This document shows positions 53,625 through 64,000 of a stretch of 64,000 nt of DNA, piece after piece. The stretch's first letter is position 1. Each line of letters begins with the position of its first letter. Origin of the DNA: Spirochaetia bacterium (lineage in GTDB: Bacteria; Spirochaetota; Spirochaetia; SZUA-6; Bin103); the NCBI GenBank assembly GCA_965198005.1, contig CBDAOI010000002.1, forward strand, positions 320,001-384,000. Reading direction: 5' to 3'. The translations under genes and the position numbers were made by a program. The notes under the pieces were generated by a model. It had not been told where the DNA came from. It did not search any database and worked only from the letters and a program-made list of their open reading frames with translations.

Positions 53625-54678
53625 GCCGCGCCCCGCCGCACCGCCGCGGCCCGCTTCCGCACGACCGGCGCCGGCAACCGCCACCGGCGCGGCCCCGGCC
53701 CCGGCTCCGGCCCCGGCCTGGACGCGCAAGGATCTGCTGTCGCTGGAGGAGCTCAGCCGGACGGAGATCGAGCTGCTGCTGGACACCGCCGAGTCGTTCA
53801 AGGAGGTGTCCGCACGCCAGGTCAAGAAGGTGCCGGCGCTACGCGGCAAGACCATCGCCAACCTGTTCTTCGAGTCCTCGACCCGCACCCGCACCAGCTT
53901 CGAGCTGGCGGCGAAGCGGCTGTCGGCGGACACGGTCAACTTCCAGGGCTCCACCTCCAGCGTGCAGAAAGGCGAGAGCCTGGTCGACACGGCCCGCAAC
54001 ATCGAGGCGATGCAGGTGGACACGGTGGTGGTGCGGCACGGGTCGTCGGGAGCCGCCGAGCTGCTGGCGCGTGCGCTGGACGCCAGCGTGGTCAACGCCG
54101 GCGACGGCATCCACGAGCACCCCACCCAGGGACTGCTGGACATCTTCACCATCCGCGAGCATCAGGAGTTGGCGGGGCTGCACGTCTGTCTGGTGGGTGA
54201 CATCCTCCACTCGCGGGTGGCGCGCTCCAACCTGTGGGGCCTGCGCAAGCTCGGCGCGCGGGTGACGGTGTGCGGTCCGCCGAGCCTGATCCCGCACGGC
54301 ATCGAGGAGCTGGGCGCGGCAGTGTCCTACGATCTGGACGAGGTGATCGAGGAGGCCGACGTGCTCAACCTGCTGCGGATTCAGTTCGAGCGCCAGCGCG
54401 GGGCGTTCTTCCCGTCGGTGCGGGAGTACGCGGTGGAGTACGGGCTGTCGCACGACCGCCTGCAGCGCGCCCGGGAGGGGCTGCTGGTGCTGCACCCCGG
54501 ACCCGTGAACCGCGGCGTCGAGGTGGCCGCGGAAGTGGCCGACGGGCCCCACTCGCTGATCCTGGATCAGGTGACCAACGGCGTGGCGGTGCGCATGGCG
54601 GTGCTGTTCCACACCACGCTGACGCGCGAGGAGGGAGCTACGCGGCGGCCCGGCGCGGCCCTCGGACGGAGCGCGTGA
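53602..54678 (+). CDS. pyrB: Aspartate carbamoyltransferase
   Basis: [34 protein letters not shown] start with SD GGAGGT. Confidence 0.96.
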   Translation: MPTETSTEPRPAAPPRPASARPAPATATGAAPAPAPAPAWTRKDLLSLEELSRTEIELLLDTAESFKEVSARQVKKVPALRGKTIANLFFESSTRTRTSFELAAKRLSADTVNFQGSTSSVQKGESLVDTARNIEAMQVDTVVVRHGSSGAAELLARALDASVVNAGDGIHEHPTQGLLDIFTIREHQELAGLHVCLVGDILHSRVARSNLWGLRKLGARVTVCGPPSLIPHGIEELGAAVSYDLDEVIEEADVLNLLRIQFERQRGAFFPSVREYAVEYGLSHDRLQRAREGLLVLHPGPVNRGVEVAAEVADGPHSLILDQVTNGVAVRMAVLFHTTLTREEGATRRPGAALGRSA

Positions 54679-54680
54679 GG

Positions 54681-56051
54681 ATGGCCGACGCATGCCCGCG
54701 GCCGGCCGCGGTGCCGGTGGTGATCCGCGGCGGGCGGCTGGTGGATCCGCGGCAGGGGGTGGACGCCACGGTCGACCTGCTGGTGCGCAACGGACGCGTG
54801 CAGCAGGTGGCGGCCGATCTGGCCGGGGCCAACGGCGGCGGCGCGCTCGAGGTGATCGACGCGCGCGGCAAGCTGGTGCTGCCCGGGCTGATCGACGTCC
54901 ACGTCCACCTGCGCCAGCCCGGCTTCGAGTACAAGGAGACGATAGAAAGCGGCTTGCGCGCCGCCCTGGCCGGCGGCTTTACCGGCGTGTGCCCGATGCC
55001 GAACACCAATCCGGTGTCCGATTCGCGCGCCGACATGGAGTTTCTGCGGCGCGAGGCACGGCGCCTGGACCTGATCAACCTGTGGCCGGTGGGTGCGGTC
55101 ACCGTGCGCCAGGAGGGCGAGCGGCTCACCGAGTTCGGTGAGCTGCGCACCGGCGGGGCGGTGGCGCTGTCGGATGACGGCAAGCCGATCGTGTCGTCGG
55201 CGATCATGCGCCGCGCCCTGGAGTACGCCAAGAAGTTCGACCTGCCGCTGCTGCTGCACGAGGAGGACCACGAGCTGTCGCAGGCGGGGACGCTGAACGA
55301 GGGGGTGGTGGCCACCCGGCTGGGGCTGATCGGCAGCCCGTGCCAGGCCGAGTCCGCCCTGGTGGCGCGCGATCTCGAGATCGCCTCGCTGGCCGGCGGC
55401 CGGGTCCACTTCCAGCATATCTCCTGCCGGCGCTCGGTGGAGCTGATCCGGCAGGCGCGCGCCGGCGGGATCGCGGTAACCGCCGAGACCTGTCCGCACT
55501 ACCTGTTCCTGACCGAGGACGCGGTGATGCGCTACAACACCCACGCCAAGATGTACCCGCCGCTGCGGACCGCGGCCGACGTGGCCGCCGTACGCGCCGG
55601 ACTGGCGGACGGCACCATCGACATCGTGGGCAGCGATCACGCGCCGCACGCCGACTACGAGAAGGCGGTGGAGTTCGACCACGCTCCCAACGGCATCACC
55701 GGCGTGGAGACCATGCTGCCGCTGATGCTGGCGCTGGTGCGGGACGGGGTGATCGGCCTGGAGCGGCTGGTGCGGGTGCTGGCGGTGAACCCGGCGCGCC
55801 TGATCGGCGTCGAACGCGGCAGCCTGGGGGTGGGAGCGGTGGCCGACGTGACGGTGGTCGATCCGGCCGCCGCCTGGGTGTACGACGCGGCCACGGCGCA
55901 GTCGAAGGCGCACAATTCGCCGTTCTGGGGCGAGCGCTTGACCGGCCGGGCCACCGACTGCCTGGTGGCAGGGCAGATTCGCCTGCGCGACTGCCGCATC
56001 CTGCAGCCGTTCCCGGTGCGCGCCGCCGCCGGCGTGGAGCAGCCGGCGTGA
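54681..56051 (+). CDS. pyrC: Dihydroorotase
   Basis: [28 protein letters not shown]. Confidence 0.95.
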   Translation: MADACPRPAAVPVVIRGGRLVDPRQGVDATVDLLVRNGRVQQVAADLAGANGGGALEVIDARGKLVLPGLIDVHVHLRQPGFEYKETIESGLRAALAGGFTGVCPMPNTNPVSDSRADMEFLRREARRLDLINLWPVGAVTVRQEGERLTEFGELRTGGAVALSDDGKPIVSSAIMRRALEYAKKFDLPLLLHEEDHELSQAGTLNEGVVATRLGLIGSPCQAESALVARDLEIASLAGGRVHFQHISCRRSVELIRQARAGGIAVTAETCPHYLFLTEDAVMRYNTHAKMYPPLRTAADVAAVRAGLADGTIDIVGSDHAPHADYEKAVEFDHAPNGITGVETMLPLMLALVRDGVIGLERLVRVLAVNPARLIGVERGSLGVGAVADVTVVDPAAAWVYDAATAQSKAHNSPFWGERLTGRATDCLVAGQIRLRDCRILQPFPVRAAAGVEQPA

Positions 56052-57313
56052 TCGACCAGCCCGCGCTGCTGGTGCTGGAGGATGGGGCCGCGTTCCCGGG
56101 GCGCGCGGTGGGAGCGGACGGCGAAGTCGCCGGCGAGGTGGTGTTCAACACCGCCATGACCGGTTACCAGGAGATCCTCACCGATCCCTCCTACGCCGGC
56201 CAACTCGTCTGCCTGACCTATCCGCTGATTGGCAACTACGGCGTCAACGAAGACGACCCCGAGTCGCGGCAGCCGTGGACGCGCGGCCTGATCGTGCGCG
56301 AGCTGGCCGCCCGCCACTCCAACTGGCGCGCCACCGGCGATCTGGGCAGTTACCTCAGGCAGCACGGGATCGTCGGCATCGACGAGGTCGACACCCGCGC
56401 CCTGACCCGCCATCTGCGGCTGCACGGCGCCAAGACCGGCGTGATCTCCACCACCGATCCGGATCCCGCTTCGCTGGTGCGCAAGGCGCAGGCGGCGCCC
56501 AAGCTCGGCGAGCTGGACCTGGTTCGCCGGGTGACGACGAAGGACATCGCGCCGCTGAGTCTGCCGGCGGACTTCTACGACCCGCTCGCCGGGCTGCTCC
56601 CGACGCAGACGAGAACAGTACGTGCCGATGCCAGCCCGATCGAAGCAGTCGCATCGCTTGGCTCTGCCACGGCACGGGTCACCGCGGCGGCGGTCGCGGC
56701 CCCGCCGGACGGCCGTGCGCATCACGTGGTCGCCATCGACGCCGGCGCCAAGCACAACATCATGCGCAACCTGGCGGCGCGCGGCTGCCGCGTCACGGTG
56801 GCGCCGGCCACCGCCTCCGCCGCCGAGATCGCCGCGCTGGCGCCCGACGGGCTGTTCCTCTCCAACGGCCCCGGCGACCCCGAACAGGCGCCCTACTTGG
56901 CGCACACCGTACGCGCGCTGCTCGACGGCCACCGCGACCTGCCGGTGTTCGGCATCTGCCTCGGCCTGCAGATCATGGGCCTTGCCCTGGGGGCGAACAT
57001 CTACAAGCTCAAGTTCGGCCATCACGGCGCCAACCACCCCGTGCGCGAGGAACGCACCGGCGCCATCTCCATCACCAGCCAGAACCACGGCTACGCGGTG
57101 GATGCCGACTCCCTGCCTCGGGATCTGCACGTCACCCACGTCAACCTCAACGACGGCACCATCGAAGGGCTGGAGCACCGTACGCGGCCGGTATTCGCCA
57201 TCCAGTACCACCCGGAGGCCGCCCCCGGCCCGCACGACGCCCACTACCTGTTCGACCGCTTCGTCACCGCCATGGACCGCTCAACCTTCCGCCCGAAGGC
57301 AAATCAGCGGTGA
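56048..57313 (+). CDS. carA: Carbamoyl-phosphate synthase small subunit
   Basis: [44 protein letters not shown]. Confidence 0.96.
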   Translation: MIDQPALLVLEDGAAFPGRAVGADGEVAGEVVFNTAMTGYQEILTDPSYAGQLVCLTYPLIGNYGVNEDDPESRQPWTRGLIVRELAARHSNWRATGDLGSYLRQHGIVGIDEVDTRALTRHLRLHGAKTGVISTTDPDPASLVRKAQAAPKLGELDLVRRVTTKDIAPLSLPADFYDPLAGLLPTQTRTVRADASPIEAVASLGSATARVTAAAVAAPPDGRAHHVVAIDAGAKHNIMRNLAARGCRVTVAPATASAAEIAALAPDGLFLSNGPGDPEQAPYLAHTVRALLDGHRDLPVFGICLGLQIMGLALGANIYKLKFGHHGANHPVREERTGAISITSQNHGYAVDADSLPRDLHVTHVNLNDGTIEGLEHRTRPVFAIQYHPEAAPGPHDAHYLFDRFVTAMDRSTFRPKANQR

Positions 57314-57675
57314 CATCAATTCACACAGAATCACGGATTCAGCCGGTGTGCAGCTCCGCCAAGCTCAGCCCTCCAGTGCGCAGGTTCATCGATGCAACGA
57401 GGTCATGCAAGTGGCGATAGAACGCCTCATTCTCCGTAGCCAATGCGAAACGGTCCGGCAAGGCATCCACCGGTGGTGAGTGGGAGAAAGCCATACATGG
57501 TCGGCGCGTCGGCAACGGACAGTGGGGGAACATGGTCCCGCGCCAAGCAGTTGGCGAATGGATCAACCGTGAATCCCGTAAGTATCTTCGCGGCGCCCCG
57601 GTGGCGGCGCGGGCGACCGACCGCTGCCGACCTGCTACTCTGTGGAGGATAACCACTCACACGCAGGGGGCTACT

Positions 57676-59055
57676 GTGCGTAGATTGATACTCGACCTCC
57701 GGCAACGCCGGGGAATCGCGCTCGGGAAAGCCCTGCTGGTGCTCGGCTTCCTGTTCTTCGGGTCGACCATCGCCTACGCCGCGGTGGACGAAGAGTCGCT
57801 GTTCGTCTTCAACACCTTCTCGTTCCTGGTCTGGGGCGGACTGGTGATGTGGATGGCGGCCGGGTTCACCATGCTGGAGTCCGGTTCGGTGCGCACCAAG
57901 AACGCGTCCGTGATCTGCCTCAAGAACATCGGGCTGTACGCGATCGCCGGGCTGGCCTACTACCTGGTCGGCTACAACCTCATGTACGTGGACGTCGGCA
58001 GCGTGATCGGCTCGTTCAAGCTGTTCTACGGACCGTCGGCCGAGGAGCTGGCCCTGCTCGCCGGGACCGCGGAAGCGGCGGACGAGGTCATAGCCAGCGG
58101 CTATTCGGTCATGTCGGACTGGTTCTTCCAGATGGTGTTCGTGGCGACCGCGGCCTCCATCGTGTCGGGAGCGCTGGCGGAGCGGGTCAAGATGTGGCCG
58201 TTCTTCCTCTTCACGCTGTTCCTGACCGCGCTCGTGTACCCGATCGTCGGCGCCTGGACCTGGGGCGGCGGCTGGCTCAGCGCCCTGGGGTTCCAGGACT
58301 TCGCCGGGTCGACCATCGTGCACGGCACCGGCGGCTGGGCCGCGCTGGCCGGGATCCTGGTGGTCGGGCCGCGGCTCGGCAAGTTCCGCCGCGACGGCTC
58401 GATCAAGCCCACCCCGCCCTCCAACGTGGTGGTGGTGACGCTGGGCGTGTTCATCCTCTGGTTCGGCTGGTTCGGATTCAACGGCGGCTCGCAACTGGCG
58501 CTGGGCAGCGCGGCGGACGCGGTGGCGATGAGCAGCGTGCTGGTCAACACCAACCTCGCCGGCGCGGCGGGCGTCGTCGCCGCGCTCGCGGTCTCCCGCT
58601 TCATCCTGGGGCGGATGGACATGTTCGCCGGCCTGAACGGCGCGATCGCGGGGCTGGTCTCGATCACCGCCGGGCCGGACATCACCGCTCACTACTGGGC
58701 GATCGTCATCGGCGCCGGCGGCGGCGTGGTGTGCACCGCAGGAATCAAGCTACTGGAAAAACTCAAGCTGGACGACGTGGTCGGCGCGGTGCCGGCGCAC
58801 CTGCTGGCCGGCATCTGGGGGACTCTGGCGGTCTGCATCGCGGCCGGGGGCAGCTTCGGCGTGCAACTCCTCGGCGTGGTGGCGGTCGGGGCGTTCGTGT
58901 TCCTGGTGTCATTGCTGTTGTGGCGCGTCGTGGACCTGCTGCTCGCCGCGCGCGTGTCGAAGCAGGTGGAGCAGCTCGGGCAGGACGTCGCGGAGTTGAA
59001 AATCGAGGCCTACCCCGAGTTCGTGCTCATGCCGGAGGAAGACGACGAAGAGTAG
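57676..59055 (+). CDS. amt: Second ammonium transporter
   Basis: [52 protein letters not shown]. Confidence 0.95.
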   Translation: MRRLILDLRQRRGIALGKALLVLGFLFFGSTIAYAAVDEESLFVFNTFSFLVWGGLVMWMAAGFTMLESGSVRTKNASVICLKNIGLYAIAGLAYYLVGYNLMYVDVGSVIGSFKLFYGPSAEELALLAGTAEAADEVIASGYSVMSDWFFQMVFVATAASIVSGALAERVKMWPFFLFTLFLTALVYPIVGAWTWGGGWLSALGFQDFAGSTIVHGTGGWAALAGILVVGPRLGKFRRDGSIKPTPPSNVVVVTLGVFILWFGWFGFNGGSQLALGSAADAVAMSSVLVNTNLAGAAGVVAALAVSRFILGRMDMFAGLNGAIAGLVSITAGPDITAHYWAIVIGAGGGVVCTAGIKLLEKLKLDDVVGAVPAHLLAGIWGTLAVCIAAGGSFGVQLLGVVAVGAFVFLVSLLLWRVVDLLLAARVSKQVEQLGQDVAELKIEAYPEFVLMPEEDDEE

Positions 59056-59103
59056 CGTACGCGCTTCCAAACCAGCCGCCGTCGGTGGTACAATACGTTC
59101 GCG

Positions 59104-59670
59104 ATGCATTCCTACCTGGAGTTCGAGGTCTCACTGCGGTCCATCACGCCGCGGATCTGGCGCCGCTTCCGGATCACCGCCAACGCAACGTTCCTGGATC
59201 TGCACTGGGCGATTCAGGGCAGCTTCGCATGGATGAACGCTCACCTGTGGGAGTTTCACACCACGGGACGGCCTCGAGAGGTGATAGCGGGGATTCCGTC
59301 TGATTCCCTGATGTGGTCGGAGGACCTGGAGGACACGCCTGACGCTCGCGCAGTCAGGCTCACGAGCTACTTCGGCACCGCGACGCAGTGCATATACTGG
59401 TACGACTTCGGTGACGACTGGCTGCACACGGTGAAGCTGCGCGAGCGGGTGTCGTCCAACGATCGTTTCACCCGCCGGCTGCTTGCCGGGCGCCGCTTCG
59501 GCCCGCCCGAAGATTGCGGCGGAGTCGGTGGGTACGAGCGACTCATCGAGTTTCTGCGCACCGGCACCGACCCCTGGGAAGACGGTGACGACGATCTGGC
59601 GACCTGGCTCGGCGGCTGGGAGCCTGACGGTTTCTCCCTGGCCGCGGCCAAGCGCGAGTTCGACAAGTAG
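59104..59670 (+). CDS. Plasmid pRiA4b ORF3 family protein
   Basis: PRIWRRF, LH.AIQ..F.W.NAHLWEF, YDFGDDWLH, PPEDCGGVGGY. Confidence 0.9.
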   Translation: MHSYLEFEVSLRSITPRIWRRFRITANATFLDLHWAIQGSFAWMNAHLWEFHTTGRPREVIAGIPSDSLMWSEDLEDTPDARAVRLTSYFGTATQCIYWYDFGDDWLHTVKLRERVSSNDRFTRRLLAGRRFGPPEDCGGVGGYERLIEFLRTGTDPWEDGDDDLATWLGGWEPDGFSLAAAKREFDK

Positions 59671-59821
59671 GCGTAGGAGGCGTGCGGGGCAGCCCCTGTG
59701 GTGCACGTAGTACGAGCAGCGCGCACAAACGACTGCGCAGAGGTCGGCCGTACGGACGTAGTGCGCGTGCGTGGTGACTCGGCCTTGACCATGAAGGCGC
59801 TGCCGCAGCGAGCAACGAGAG

Positions 59822-63035
<3,214 letters not shown>

Positions 63036-63057
<22 letters not shown>

Positions 63058-63962
63058 CCGACCGACTCGCGGCCGGACCTGCGGTCGCGCCGGTCCAGGA
63101 GCGCTGCCGGGTGCTGGCCAACCGCGTGGTGGCGCCCGAACACAACCTGCTGACCGTCGCCACGCGTGCCATCGGGCGGCGTGCGCAGGCCGGGCAGTTC
63201 GCCCAGATCCGGGTACCCGGCGACGCGGTCTTCCTGCCGCGCCCGTTCAGCTTCCTCGCCGCGGAAGGCGATCGGTGCGCGTTCCTGTCGCGCGCGGTGG
63301 GGCCGGGCACGCGCGCGCTGGCGGGCTTGGCCGAAGGCGCGGAGATGGAGCTGCTCGGGCCGCTGGGGCAGGGGTTTGATCTGGCCGCGGCCGCGGCGGG
63401 CGAGGTGATCCTGGTGGGCGGCGGGGTCGGAGTGCCGCCGCTGGTGCACGCCGCGGCCGAGCTGGCGCCGCGGACCGGCACCGCGCTGATCGGCGCCGCC
63501 CGCGGCGAGCTGCTGCTGTGCGGGGAGGAGTTCGCCGACCTCGGCTGGCAGGTGCAGGTGGCCACCGACGACGGCTCGCGCGGCCACCACGGGCTGATCA
63601 CCGAGCTCCTGGAACAAGCGCTGGCGCGCGCTACGGGGCGGGTTGAGGCCGTTTCGGGAAATGCAACGACGCCGCAGCACACGGACCAGATCCTTGCGCG
63701 CGCTGCCGGGCAGGGCCGGCGGCGTCCGACCGTGCTGGCATGCGGTCCGCATCCGATGCTCCACCGCTGCGCCGAACTGGCCGCCGCGACCGGCGCCGCA
63801 TGCCAGGTCGCCCTGGAAGAGCCGATGGCCTGCGGCTTCGGCGTCTGCCTCGGCTGCGCCATCCGCGTCCGCCCGCCCGCCTCCAACTGCTCGCCCGGCA
63901 CCGCCTACGCCCTGGTCTGCCGTGACGGCCCGGTGTTCCCCGCCGACCAAGTGCTGTGGTAA
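63036..63962 (+). CDS. pyrK: Dihydroorotate dehydrogenase electron transfer subunit
   Basis: AGQF, PRPFS, GGGVGVPP, ACGP, MACGFGVCLGC...VCRDGPVF. Start approximate. Confidence 0.92.
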
Positions 63963-64000
63963 TGGTGGAGGAGCGCTCAGGGATTGGCTCCCCTGCGTGA

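Noticed and set aside
57314-57675. Riboswitch, sigma54 promoter or CRP site upstream of the second amt
   Set aside because: No GG-N10-GC consensus or glutamine-riboswitch core found; GTGA-N7-TCAC has the wrong spacing for CRP.
63962-64000. Start of pyrD after pyrK
   Set aside because: The ATG frame closes after 12 codons at the window edge; nothing recognisable.

Overview
High-GC bacterial chromosomal segment. A Spirochaetota origin is inferred from the spirochaete-style LysM lipoprotein, SPOR protein and orphan MalK/MsmX ATPase; this is not proven. Core blocks: SPOR-aroDE-LysM-ABC genes (1.5-9 kb); a nitrogen-assimilation cluster with a NifA-like GAF-AAA+-HTH activator, amtB-glnK and convergent glnA-glnE, two near-perfect sigma54 promoters and a shared CYAC-N6-GTAG upstream motif (9-18 kb); ndk; nqrABCDEF plus a prenyltransferase (22.5-29.5 kb); cysE-rbsK; dnaE2; and a PyrR-regulated pyrR-pyrB-pyrC-carA-[amt, pRiA4b ORF3]-carB(frameshifted)-pyrK operon. 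Between them lie integrase-free accessory mosaics, heavily eroded by deletions. These carry a MAD3/MAD4-like pair, DUF4268 and Uma2 nucleases, McrBC coupled to a BrnT/HTH pair, VapBC, an Xre/RES pair, an Lhr remnant and an ISKra4 scrap. Highlights: one intact and three eroded copies of rbsK (two with the cysE 3' end) bracket the cargo; an islet is inserted in the dnaE2 3' end between 18-bp direct repeats; paired AGAC-N4-GTCT palindromes (candidate new SOS box) overlap the dnaE2 promoter; and an orphan CI/Cro switch has lost both S24 catalytic residues. No rRNA, tRNA or CRISPR array was found.
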